This document shows, in pieces, positions 38,501-47,477 of a stretch of 64,000 bases of DNA; the stretch's first letter is position 1; each line of letters starts with the position of its first letter. Source of the stretch: Verrucomicrobiia bacterium (GTDB lineage: Bacteria > Verrucomicrobiota > Verrucomicrobiia > Limisphaerales > UBA11358); NCBI GenBank assembly GCA_036269115.1, contig DATAST010000063.1, positions 19,674 through 83,673 of the forward strand, written 5' to 3'. The translations under genes and the position numbers were made by a program. The notes under the pieces are model-generated. The model was not told the origin of the DNA and did not search any database. It saw only the letters and a list, made by a program, of their open reading frames with translations.

Positions 38501-41500
38501 CGAGAAAGCCATCGAACGAATCATTCACGAATTTCCCGAACGGGTGGAATTCCTGTTTTGGGGCAACGCGCCTGCCACCCTGAAGCATTTTCCACAAGTT
38601 AAGGCGGTTGGGAGCTTCATTCAGAAATACACGGATTATGCCCGGCAGCTCAAATCATTGTCCGTGGATTTGGCGCTCGTTCCTTTGGAGTTGACGCCCT
38701 TTAATCGCGCGAAATCGCCCATCAAATGGCTGGAATATTCGGCCTGCAGAATTCCGGCGATTTTCACCAACATTGAAGCCTACAGTCAGGTGGTAGAACA
38801 TCAAAAAACCGGATGGCTCGTGCCAAACACCACGGATGCGTGGTATGAGGCAATGAAAACGTTCATCCAGGACCGTGCATTGCGGCGGACCATCGCCGGG
38901 AATGCCCATCGAAAAGTGCTGTCTGAGTGCGCGTTACGGCCACATGCAAAGCTTTGGCTTCGAGCGTACGAAAAAGCTCTCTCGTCGCCGCCACGAAAGC
39001 CAGTGGATCGATCGCCACAGATTTCCATTATTATTCCCACCTTCAATAATATTGGCCTGACTCGCCAATGCATCAGCTCCATCTTGAGCAACACACCGCA
39101 AGGCCTCTATGAGATTGTCGTCGTGGATAACGCTTCCACCGACGGCACGCCGGCTTATCTTAAGCAGGAAGAAGACGCGGGCAACATGCGCGCCATACTC
39201 CAGTCGCGCAATTCCGGGTTCGCCAAGGGCTGCAATGTAGGAGCGAAGGCGGCGAAATGTCCCGTTCTGGTTTTTCTGAATAATGATACCGTGGTGACAG
39301 AAGGCTGGCTTAGCGCGCTTGTTACGGCCGCCAGGGAATCGAAAGCCGGGGTTGTCGGCGCGAAATTACTCTACGCAGACGGAACCATCCAGCATGCGGG
39401 AATTGAGTTTATCAATGGCATCCCCGACCATCCGCACCGTCATGCATCCGCAGACTTGCCGGCAGTAAACAAGCGGCGCGAACTGGACATGGTCACTGGC
39501 GCGTGTTTAACGACTTCGCGCGATTTATTTCTGTCCATCGGCGGTTTCGACGAAGTCTTCCAAAACGGCGTTGAAGATATCGATTACTGCCTGCGCGTGC
39601 GTGCTCTGGGCCACAAGGTGGTTTATGAGCCTCAATCAGTGGTCTACCATCTGGAAGGGCAGAGCAGGGGACGATTCGACCATGTTAAAGAGAATTTGAA
39701 AATTTTCTTCGAGCGGTGGTCCGGTTCCTTTAACAAGAATTTCTCCTTTATTGTTCCGTCAAAACCAAAGCCTATCCCCGCCAGCCGGAGTGTGTTGTTG
39801 TCCGACGATTCTTCGCCCGCTCCGGTTAAAGCCGAAAAGCCAATTGTCGTTTCATGGGAAGGCTCATTTCTCGATTACGGCAGCTTGTCCCATGTTAATC
39901 GTGAACTGGCCGGGCAATTGCGAAGCGCGTCTAACTTAAAAATCCATTGCCTGCCGATAGACCGATCGGGAGCGGCGCCTGCTGGAAAAGTTTGGCCGGA
40001 ACTGGCGCAGCATCTTTCCGCTCAAGTGGTCGTCCCTGATGTAACCGTGCGCCATGCCTGGCCGCCCAATTGGACCCGTCCGGTTGCCGGCAAACTTGCG
40101 GTCATCCAGCCCTGGGAATTTGGCTCTCTGCCGCGCCAATGGGTGAGCCAGGCGCAGCACGTGGACGAATTTTGGGTTCCATCGCATTACGTCCGAGATG
40201 TGTATATGGCTTCGGGCATTCCGGGGCATAAAGTAATAGTCGTGCCGAACGGCGTGGATGGGGAAAAATTTAATCCGCAGGCCGCGCCGATGAAATTGGC
40301 CACGCAGAAAAAATTCAAATTCCTGTTTGTGGGCGGAACGATTGGACGCAAAGGGCCGGATTTGTTGTTGCAGGCCTATCTGAAACAGTTCACCGATGCG
40401 GATGATGTTTGCCTGGTGATCAAAGATTTTGGAGGCGGTGGTGTTTATGCGGGACAAACGTTTGAAAAACAAATTCGTGCCGCGCAATCGGTCGCGCATG
40501 CGCCGGAAATTCTCTACCTGAACGAAGAACTGGCACCCGACTCGTTGCCCGGACTTTACACTGCGTGTGATTGCCTGGTTCTGCCGTATCGTGGCGAAGG
40601 TTTCGGCTTGCCAGTCCTTGAGGCAATGGCTTGTGGCCTGCCTGTCATTGTCACCGCAGGCGGAGCGACGGATGATTTTGTCCGGGCTGGATTTGGCTGG
40701 CGCATTCCCGCCGGCCGCAAAGTTTTCGGCCGCGAGGTTAGCGGCATGGAACTGGCCGGGGATGGCTGGTTGCTCGAACCCGACCTCGCCGCGCTTGGCG
40801 GCGCTATGCATGGCGCATTTGCAAATCCGGCAGAGGCACGCGAGCGCGGGCGTCACGCAAGCTTGCATGCGCGGGAAAACTGGTCGTGGAAAAAATCCGC
40901 CTCCATCGTCGCCGACCGAATTCGTAGCCTCGTAGGGCAGGCATCTTGCCTGCCAGTTAGGGCGGCTTCCAGCCGCCCGTTGCCACCCGTCGCCCTTCTT
41001 GGGAACTTGAACGAAGCCCGCGAATTCTTCGGAGTCAAAAAACTTGAAGGCGCATGGAATGCCGCACTAAAGGCAATCGCCTGCCGTCCATATCATCCTG
41101 AGGCATACTTATTACTGGCGGAAATCTCAATTGCAGCGGGCGACGCCGCGAGGGCCCGTCAATGCGCGCAACATGCCCGCGCGCTTGCACCTGGTTGGAG
41201 TTCGGCGAAGCAATTCCTTAATCGGCCACTCAAAGGCGGCGCAAAATTGGCGTGGCTAAAACCTCCGGATGCGATCCAAAATTCAAAAACAAAGGTCCAA
41301 AGCCTATCGGTATGTTTGATCGCTAAGAACGAAGAAAAATTCCTCGCCCAATGCCTTAAATCGATTCGCGACGTTGCGAAACAGTTGATCGTCGTGGATA
41401 CGGGTTCATCGGACCGAACCATCGAGATTGCAAAGGAATTTGGCGCTGAAGTTTATTCTCACGATTGGAACGATGATTTCTCCGCTGCTCGCAATGTGGC

Positions 41501-42914
41501 GCTCGAGCATGCCACGGGCGATTGGATTCTGATACTGGACGCGGATGAAGAACTTGTGGCCGCACAACACACTAAATTGCAATCCGATATCAATAACGCG
41601 GGAGTGATCGCCTATCGTTTGCCCCTGGTCAATGCAGGCCAGGAAGCCGAGGGGCAAAGCTATGTGCCGCGCCTGTTTCGCAATGTGCCCGGCGCGTTCT
41701 TTGCCGGACGGATTCACGAACAGGTGTTCCCGAGCCTCCTGCCTCTGTGCAAATCGTGGGGATTGAAAACGGCGATGGGCTTCGCCCGGATTTTGCACCA
41801 CGGCTACAGCAAGGAAACCGCGGCTGGAAAGATCGCGCGCAACTTGCCATTGCTCCGTAGAGCCTGTGAGGAAAATCCGCGCGACATGAACCTGGTGATG
41901 AATCTCGGCCTGGAACTCGTGCGGTCGGATAACCTGGCGGAAGGCATCGAGAAATACCGCGAAGCGTTCACTCTGATGTCGGAACTGCCGGCGTCCGATG
42001 TCGCGCCGGAACTGCGCGAGGTCCTGCTGACGCAATTTACCAGTCATCTTTACAAAGCTCACCGTCATGAAGAGGTGGTTGGTATCCTAAGCTCGCAGGC
42101 GTCCAAAAAAGGCGGACTCACAGCCTCGTTGCACCTGGCGTTGGGGCTTTCACAATTCGAATTGAGGATTTATCCCGAAGCGGCGGAGCAAATGCGCCAG
42201 TGCCTCGCCAAACGGAATCAGCCGGCCCTGTCGCCCATTAACAAAGATATTCTCACGGCCATGCCAAACCATTGCCTGGCTTTGGCCCTGGCCAAAAGTA
42301 ACGACCCGGCGAACGCCGAAAAGGCGTTCCAGGCTGCGTTGTCCGAACCCGGTCACGGCGAAAATATCGTATTGGATTATGCCAAATTCCTCGTCGGCTC
42401 GAACCGGCCCGTCGATGCATTGCAGAAACTGCATGAACTTGTCGCCTCGAATTGCCGTAATGCCATCATTTGGCGCACGGGCGCTGAAATCGCCCTGGGC
42501 CGTCCGGACTTTTTGAAATTCGCGCTCGATTGGACCGGTGAGGCCATGCGGTACGTGGAGGACGACTCGCTCATTATCGCTCAACGCGCCGAAGCCGTAA
42601 TGCTGAGTGGAGATACTGCGGCAGCGGCCCAATTATGGGAGAAGGTTTGGGACAACGGCCAACAGCCGCGTGCGCTCGCGGCGTTAATCCTGTGCGAGAC
42701 GATCGGTTCTGAAAATATCCACGTACCCGACGACGGTCCACAGGAAGCGTCCGCAAGCCGCGAATTCATCGCATGGTACCAGAAATTAATCACGATGCGC
42801 GCAAATACGGTTGCCAATGCATTGAACGGCCAATTGGACCGACTATCCCGCGTGCTGCCCACCGCCGCTAAAAAAATCGAGACTGCTCTGGCATCAACAC
42901 TCACCTGTGCGTAG
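35541..42914 (+). CDS. 2457-aa multidomain glycosyltransferase/methyltransferase (GT2-MTase-GT2-GT-B-GT2-GT4-TPR-GT2-TPR)
   Basis: Four GT2 starts (VSVIIPCYN, VSVIVPTFN, ISIIIPTFN, LSVCLIAKNEE). One SAM-MTase (LEIGG...SHVIEH). Two GT-B units (ELDD...KWLEYSA; YRGEGFGLPVLEAMACG). TPR-like helices. Confidence 0.93.
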   Translation: MTMSMKKNGSTSLESPARTNTNAGTTASKPTLPAGSLERQDQPNKPATADSLVSVIIPCYNQAHFLTEAVESVIHQTFTHWEIIVVNDGSPDNTKDVFESLARRWPGRTLRYLEKQNGGLADARNAGIAIARGKYILPLDADDKVHPEMLSKTVSLLEATPDIAIAYTDLIHFGARNGLVQAAEYDFAEICKNNRLNYCSLYRREAWETVGGYQTDMLWQGYEDWNFWIGCGERGFKAKRIPLPLLFYRIKDSSMYTVALQHDRELRAEIILNHPGLYSPETVAAAKALIDEAGLTPRLKAAQRPKPAMPPIKNARPEGGVAVSNRWTVFPESRLAHQFLDGLEGLEIGGSSHNPFGLKTKNVDYTADLMTVHKEEEVKMCGRALSVDIVAPGDALPVADGSQDFVISSHVIEHFFDPIKAIKEWLRVVRPGGFIFIIAPHKERTFDKTRTRTPLAELLDRHSGKIPPPAVDTHHHYTIWTTEDLIELCRHLEWNVVACQDVDDKVGNGFTVVIQNPPRVVSPNENQADAVAMKSKSAQPDAPLVSVIVPTFNRPELLVKALRSILNQTFRNFEIIVVNDCGCDVEPTVAQLGNQPIICLRHETNRGLPASRNTGLRAAHGKYVAYLDDDDLYYPEHLQTLLSYLESHPGTVAYTDANCTHQEKVNGQWTTVRRDVPYSYDWDNDRILVENFVPSLCFMHEKAFLEKSGYFDETLRRHEDWDLWIRLSRHFSFAHLPRVTCEFLRRNDASSMTMQNLAPFVETMKRVHAKCAAYTSGRPDIEECQKARLEDLEELARSQSNPAKFAVGVLTIDPKDTACAYLRLTAPLGRLQDCHEIVNLSVCDLNNGKLKIEPRLLGMARVLVVQRGMAACLPWQTLRKAITNAAVRIIFELDDALTLIPRDHQGYQYFKSIRPRVEDYLENADMVTVSTPKLKQLYSYFNENIEVLPNTVDAGVWLSPERKRPATEKVSILFSGTITHEHDLALIEKAIERIIHEFPERVEFLFWGNAPATLKHFPQVKAVGSFIQKYTDYARQLKSLSVDLALVPLELTPFNRAKSPIKWLEYSACRIPAIFTNIEAYSQVVEHQKTGWLVPNTTDAWYEAMKTFIQDRALRRTIAGNAHRKVLSECALRPHAKLWLRAYEKALSSPPRKPVDRSPQISIIIPTFNNIGLTRQCISSILSNTPQGLYEIVVVDNASTDGTPAYLKQEEDAGNMRAILQSRNSGFAKGCNVGAKAAKCPVLVFLNNDTVVTEGWLSALVTAARESKAGVVGAKLLYADGTIQHAGIEFINGIPDHPHRHASADLPAVNKRRELDMVTGACLTTSRDLFLSIGGFDEVFQNGVEDIDYCLRVRALGHKVVYEPQSVVYHLEGQSRGRFDHVKENLKIFFERWSGSFNKNFSFIVPSKPKPIPASRSVLLSDDSSPAPVKAEKPIVVSWEGSFLDYGSLSHVNRELAGQLRSASNLKIHCLPIDRSGAAPAGKVWPELAQHLSAQVVVPDVTVRHAWPPNWTRPVAGKLAVIQPWEFGSLPRQWVSQAQHVDEFWVPSHYVRDVYMASGIPGHKVIVVPNGVDGEKFNPQAAPMKLATQKKFKFLFVGGTIGRKGPDLLLQAYLKQFTDADDVCLVIKDFGGGGVYAGQTFEKQIRAAQSVAHAPEILYLNEELAPDSLPGLYTACDCLVLPYRGEGFGLPVLEAMACGLPVIVTAGGATDDFVRAGFGWRIPAGRKVFGREVSGMELAGDGWLLEPDLAALGGAMHGAFANPAEARERGRHASLHARENWSWKKSASIVADRIRSLVGQASCLPVRAASSRPLPPVALLGNLNEAREFFGVKKLEGAWNAALKAIACRPYHPEAYLLLAEISIAAGDAARARQCAQHARALAPGWSSAKQFLNRPLKGGAKLAWLKPPDAIQNSKTKVQSLSVCLIAKNEEKFLAQCLKSIRDVAKQLIVVDTGSSDRTIEIAKEFGAEVYSHDWNDDFSAARNVALEHATGDWILILDADEELVAAQHTKLQSDINNAGVIAYRLPLVNAGQEAEGQSYVPRLFRNVPGAFFAGRIHEQVFPSLLPLCKSWGLKTAMGFARILHHGYSKETAAGKIARNLPLLRRACEENPRDMNLVMNLGLELVRSDNLAEGIEKYREAFTLMSELPASDVAPELREVLLTQFTSHLYKAHRHEEVVGILSSQASKKGGLTASLHLALGLSQFELRIYPEAAEQMRQCLAKRNQPALSPINKDILTAMPNHCLALALAKSNDPANAEKAFQAALSEPGHGENIVLDYAKFLVGSNRPVDALQKLHELVASNCRNAIIWRTGAEIALGRPDFLKFALDWTGEAMRYVEDDSLIIAQRAEAVMLSGDTAAAAQLWEKVWDNGQQPRALAALILCETIGSENIHVPDDGPQEASASREFIAWYQKLITMRANTVANALNGQLDRLSRVLPTAAKKIETALASTLTCA

Positions 42915-42999
42915 CAGCGGACATGAGTCCGCTCTGACTAAACAAAGCGCTCAAGTATCCTGGTTGGTTGGATTAATGGATTGGGGCGACCTATATGTG

Positions 43000-43875
43000 G
43001 GGCAAGGCGTCCGCTAGCGAATGGTAGGGCGGAAGTGCCCTTCCGCCAGGCACACGGCGTAAGCTGGGTGCCGTTCAACATTCGGCTTCCCTGTTTGTCC
43101 GATCAGAGAAACGTCAGCCGCTGATTGTAAAATCGTGCGAAATGACTGCCAGTGGCGCTGCCACCGAAACACGCGAAAGGATAAAACTGCATTCGTCATG
43201 CAAAAGGCAAAAGGCGCAAGTGGCGCTATCACCGGCCGCGCGAACCATTTTTGCCGCCGTTTCACATTTTACGTGTATATGCGAGTAAATGAGGAAACGG
43301 CGACAGACAATTGCGTAAACAGGCCGTCTCTATTGAGAACTTTGGCAAAACAGGACGTGTAAATGAGACGGTGATTTTTTGTCCGCTGAAACGGCGAAAA
43401 CATCGAGCGCGAAATGCGCGAAAGGGATTAGCCACAAAAGAGGCACAAAGACCGCAAAAGAAAATCTTTATCCAACCGAGATACGCGGGTCTCTGGCCTC
43501 CGGAGCGCCAGGGCGAAGGAGGCTAGCTAAAAGCCCGTCAGGGCTGACATATATGTAGCCCAGGACAAGCGATTCTTCGAGCGCCGTCCTGGGTTAACCA
43601 TCAAAGAAAATCAGCCGCTGACTGCGAAACCGCGCGCCTGTCCGCTCGTAGCTTCTGAGCGAAGGCGGAAGAGCGCGACTCTGATCTGCGGCCTCCCCTC
43701 CGCTCTTTCAACCGCGAAATGACTGCAAGTGGCGCTGCCACCGCAAATCTGATCTACGGCTCTGCCCTTTGCACCTGACCCCTGCACCTTCGCACAAGGC
43801 TACGGAGGGCAGGCCCTCCTTCGCGCAAGGCTTCCAGCCTACGCCAAGCTTCGGCGAACGAGACGGAGGGCAGGC
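43000..43875. repeat. Field of short REP-like palindromes
   Basis: GTGGCGCTGCCAC at 43152 and 43729 (also 4642, and reversed at 58382). CCTTCGC..AAGGCT(T/A)CGG modules also occur near 1520 and 53190-53240. Further hairpins are present. Confidence 0.7.
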
Positions 43876-43897
43876 AAGTTTCCATTTTTACATATAT

Positions 43898-44056
43898 GGT
43901 GTGGAAACTGGAAACTTCGGGAAACGAATTTGGAAACGAAGTTGTTTCGAGAACCGAGAAGCGCGTTTTTGCTGGCGAATTTGAGCATGACAGGAAACAA
44001 GCGAAGTCGCGCCGGGAGGAAACTTCGAGGTGTTTTTTGACGGTCCGAAGTTTCCT
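43898..44056. repeat. 159-bp direct repeat, copy 1 (copy 2 at 48344-48502)
   Basis: Same length and high identity, with iterated GGAAAC and a GGAAACTTCGG/CCGAAGTTTCC inverted pair. Confidence 0.9.
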
Positions 44057-44480
44057 TCGGCGGGCGCGCGGGCGCCGCAGTGGCGGCCCAATCCATAATC
44101 CTGCCAGGCCCGGTGCCATCATCGGGCGAGACTTTGGTTTGTCGGATGGATTGGCGGGTTCGGGGACCCGGCCCAAAGGTTGGCTCAACTGGAAAAAATC
44201 CCGCGAAAAATCTCTCCCACAGGACCCCAGAGTACAATCGGCCTCAAAGGGAGGTGGCTAAATCACCGCTTACAGTTCATGTAGTTTCCGACTGTAAAGA
44301 CCTGCTGAGTCACTTCTGATCCCAAAGTCGTATCCGTAGCGGTGCTGCTCGAATTTGCCGGTATATAATGAATATAAGAATACACCATTAGTCATCTCTG
44401 CCCCTTCACGGCTGCTGACGCGTTATAGGAAAAGCTCATGTTCGCCGCGACCCAGTGGCATACGTGCAATTCAAACATAA

Positions 44481-44534
44481 TTTATCGTTTAACGATAAAA
44501 AAGTGTTGACACGCGGGATTTTTAAGTTTACGAT
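44481..44534 (+). promoter_or_regulatory. Palindromic operator plus sigma-70 promoter of the DUF2975-HTH operon
   Basis: TTTATCGTT-T-AACGATAAA (44481-44499), then TTGACA (44506-44511), 17 nt, TACGAT (44529-44534). Confidence 0.8.
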
Positions 44535-44581
44535 GCGTCGTTGAATGTGAAATTAACCATTAATATTTAGATTATGAGATT

Positions 44582-45085
44582 ATGAAAAATTCTCAAAACA
44601 AAGCGGATATCATCAGAGTAAGCAAAATCATCAGGAACTTTTTGTTTGCCGGATTGGTTTTTTGGGCCATAGCAATTCCCGCGGGGTTGTTTTCCTACAT
44701 CGGCTCATGGGTCGGGACCGGGACACTCACGCCGGGAGCACACTATTTGCACGTTGGCAGAGCCTTGCTAATGGTGCTCTGCATGACCGCAAATTTAAAG
44801 CTCTTCCGTTTCTTTGACCGGCTCAAGAATGGGTATTTGTTCGATGCGAAAACCGTCCGTTATTTAGATCACGCTGGCAGATGGATTGTGGCACTTTGGT
44901 TTTTTGAGATTTTGTTCCACGGAATCGGACATCAATTCGGCCAGATTGGAAGTCAGTTTTTCCCAAAATCAATTGGATGGGGGGATTTTGGCGGCAGTTT
45001 GTTCGCGGGTTTAACGCTCATTTTCGTGGCCTGGTTGCTGAAGGAGGCGCAGGAACTCCAGCAGGAAACGGAATTAACCGTTTAA
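44582..45085 (+). CDS. DUF2975-like membrane protein
   Basis: Four TM segments, LKNGYLFDAKTVRYL, and C-terminal KEAQELQQETELTV. Confidence 0.85.
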   Translation: MKNSQNKADIIRVSKIIRNFLFAGLVFWAIAIPAGLFSYIGSWVGTGTLTPGAHYLHVGRALLMVLCMTANLKLFRFFDRLKNGYLFDAKTVRYLDHAGRWIVALWFFEILFHGIGHQFGQIGSQFFPKSIGWGDFGGSLFAGLTLIFVAWLLKEAQELQQETELTV

Positions 45086-45089
45086 GTTT

Positions 45090-45338
45090 ATGCCTATCAT
45101 TGTCAATCTGGACGTGGTCCTCGCGCAACGGAAAATGCGGCTCAATGAGTTGGCTGAAGCCGTGGACATTACGCCGCAAAATCTGTCCATCCTCAAAACC
45201 GGAAAAGCCAAGGCGATCCGATTCAGTACACTTGAAGCGCTCTGCGGAACGCTCGCATGTCAACCCGGGGAAATTTTAGAATTTCGCCCTAAAACCCCGA
45301 TAAAGAAAGTTGCCTCTCAAGAGGGTGTAGAGCACTGA
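45090..45338 (+). CDS. XRE-family HTH regulator (YozG-like)
   Basis: MPIIVNLDVVL...ITPQNLSILKTGKAKAIRFSTL...CQPGEIL. Confidence 0.93.
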   Translation: MPIIVNLDVVLAQRKMRLNELAEAVDITPQNLSILKTGKAKAIRFSTLEALCGTLACQPGEILEFRPKTPIKKVASQEGVEH

Positions 45339-45407
45339 AGTCCAGCAGATTCAAGAAATTGAAAGACGCTTGCTCGAATCGAGAAACTTGATATGAATAG
45401 AGCACCT

Positions 45408-45463
45408 CAGAGTGGCCGGTTTTGATTCAACCCGGTTGGCTGGTTTTGAAGTGACCGGTGACA
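45408..45463 (+). mobile_element. Isolated IS21-family terminal sequence
   Basis: Ends in ...GGTTTTGAAGTGACCGGTGACA (reverse complement TGTCACCGGTCACTTCAAAACCAGCCA), with an internal doubled TGGC(C/T)GGTTTTGA; nearly identical to 48285-48341. Confidence 0.75.
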
Positions 45464-45907
45464 GTAATTGTCCGATGAAGCAGAATATCATGACCAACTG
45501 CCGCCTGGTCAAATAGCCCTACTCATAGTCATTTCCACATGATTCAGCCGACCTCAAAACGAACAATGCATGCTATGGGCGACCACTTTATCGACCCAAT
45601 GAAACCGAACCGTTATTTTTGGGCTGGGGCGGTTTCTGAACGATTCCAAAGGTGGCGACACCTGAAGAAATCTTAAAAACAGGCAGTCGCGATTTCGACG
45701 AATATACCCAACAAGCAGCTTGAACTGAATACGCTCCGGGACGGCTCAAGTCGAAAAATCATGCGCCGCTCTTTCCAAATCATCCGCCAGTCGCGCTACG
45801 AGCGAATCACCGCCCACGTACCATCCACGTTGCAACGCTTTCCATTGTTCCTTAATCGGTGCCCCCTTCACCGTCAACTAAGGTTCCCATCTCTGCCTCC
45901 TTTACAG

Positions 45908-46906
45908 TCAGGCGCTGCGGATCCTGGCATAGGCGTAACAATCGCGGGGCTTTGGAGAAACATTCGGGTGAATCGCCCATGACTTAAGAATTCCCTCGCG
46001 CTCAAATCCAGCCTTTTCAAGCACCCGGGCGGAAGCACCATTCTCTACATCGCAAACTGCCCAGACGCGAAATACCGACGGCTGCGTAAATGCCCATTCG
46101 ACCACTGCTTGCACCGCCTCAGTCATGAATCCGCGATTCCAATATTGACGCGCCAGGACGTAGCCGATTTCGATTCCATTTCTCTTCGGCCAGGCGGAAA
46201 TTGCCCCGACGACCTTACTGTCGGTGCGGTTACAGAGCATCCAGGGGATCTCATCCCCGGATTGCCAACCGGCGAGTCGGCGTTCGATGGCAGTCTGCGC
46301 GTCACTCAACGTTTTGTGTGGCTGCCAGCTGAGGTATCGAGTCACTTCGGCATCCTGGCCGTAGGCGGAAAAAACGAGCGGCGCATCGTCGCGGCGGGGT
46401 CTCCGCAATAATAACCGCGCCGTGTTGAGCGTTTCCGGGGCTTTGGGCTTCGGCGCATTGTCAGGTGGCGTCCAATCAAACCACGGACCAATTAATTTGC
46501 TTGCCGGAATCTGCGACCAATATTTAACCAACATCGCTGCCTTTTTGACCGACTTGGCAACATCTGGTTCGGAAAACAACGCCTCGGCATCCCTTAAAAC
46601 CTGTGGCCGGCCGAACTGCGCGATTAAGTAAAAAGGCAATTTTTTCAAACTCGCCTCGAAATTACCGTGCCCTAGTTGTTCAATCGCCTCTCGACATGTG
46701 ATAGGGCAGGGTGGCTCCAAAGCGAGCAATAAATTGGTTGCGTTTTCGTATACCGGCCATCGATAAGCCAGGCAGTCGGATGCTATGGCAAAGAGAACGC
46801 GGAAGACCTCCTGCTGGTCCTGGTTTCGCAACGTCCCGGCCAACTCAACGAGCTGGCCAGTGCTTTTTACCTCGGCTATTTGCCTGGAAAGGGCTTCGGC
46901 GTTCAT
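45908..46906 (-). CDS. Unknown N-terminal domain fused to a RimJ/RimL-type GNAT acetyltransferase
   Basis: C-terminal LNTARLLLRRP, EIGYVLARQYWNRGFMTEAV and NGASARVLEKAGF. Start set at MNAEAL; the ORF is open further upstream. Confidence 0.85.
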   Translation of the reverse strand: MNAEALSRQIAEVKSTGQLVELAGTLRNQDQQEVFRVLFAIASDCLAYRWPVYENATNLLLALEPPCPITCREAIEQLGHGNFEASLKKLPFYLIAQFGRPQVLRDAEALFSEPDVAKSVKKAAMLVKYWSQIPASKLIGPWFDWTPPDNAPKPKAPETLNTARLLLRRPRRDDAPLVFSAYGQDAEVTRYLSWQPHKTLSDAQTAIERRLAGWQSGDEIPWMLCNRTDSKVVGAISAWPKRNGIEIGYVLARQYWNRGFMTEAVQAVVEWAFTQPSVFRVWAVCDVENGASARVLEKAGFEREGILKSWAIHPNVSPKPRDCYAYARIRSA

Positions 46907-47116
46907 ACACGTGGCGACCTCTTCATGGGGTGACCTGATGGCCATTTCCCATTTTTGAGGGGCTCTCGACAAACTTTCCTGATTTTGAATCCCGCTCGAA
47001 GTACAACGTCCGTATTTGCCGCTTAGGAATGCCCTTATCTCTGGCATCCTCCCAGTAGACGCCTGGTCCATAATCATAAAGAGAGACAGTAACACTGTCA
47101 TCCTTTCCCCAAACAT

Positions 47117-47161
47117 CATTAAAGGAAAAGTATATAAGATGTTCGTGTCAGGTCTGTTGGG
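47117..47161. repeat. 45-bp site, copy 1 (copy 2 at 53458-53502; 42/45 identical)
   Basis: CATTAAARGAAAAKTATATAAGATGTTCKTGTCAGGTCTGTTGGG at both positions. Confidence 0.9.
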
Positions 47162-47175
47162 GCAAGTTGCTTTGT

Positions 47176-47340
47176 GACGTACCCACCGCCGGAGCCATCC
47201 TCGACCCGTTCCTGCACCACGCCCAGGTCATCGCCATCACCGGCAAAAGTTATCGCGTCAAGGAAGCGCCGGTGGTTGCCCAGGAAAACAAGAAAAGCAG
47301 AAAGTCCAACGAGCCTTCGACCGCCGGGGCCGCGAGCTAA
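47176..47340 (+). pseudogene. istB: C-terminal fragment of IS21 helper ATPase IstB
   Basis: The frame reads DVPTAGAILDPFLHHAQVIAITGKSYRVKEA, matching the IstB AILDRxLHHxxxxxxxGxSYR motif. Confidence 0.8.
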
Positions 47341-47477
47341 GGCTCGCAGCTCGGCCCCGGCTCGTTTTAACTCGCTGCTTGAGGATTATGGGAAACACTC
47401 GATTTATGGTCCGAGTCAGCCATACTGACGACATGGTGTTCGGCAGCACGAGAGCATTTTGCGGCCGACTCCGTCAA

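Noticed and set aside
42916-42933. Hairpin AGCGGAC-ATGA-GTCCGCT after the giant GT as an intrinsic terminator
   Set aside because: No U-tract follows; it is more likely a palindromic repeat.
43754-44319. ORFs of 67-144 aa over the 159-bp repeat (also 48264-48775)
   Set aside because: They derive from the repeat on both strands and have inconsistent starts and ends between copies.
44355-44385. TATATAA-TGAATA segment as a dif site
   Set aside because: The right arm does not resemble a XerD arm.
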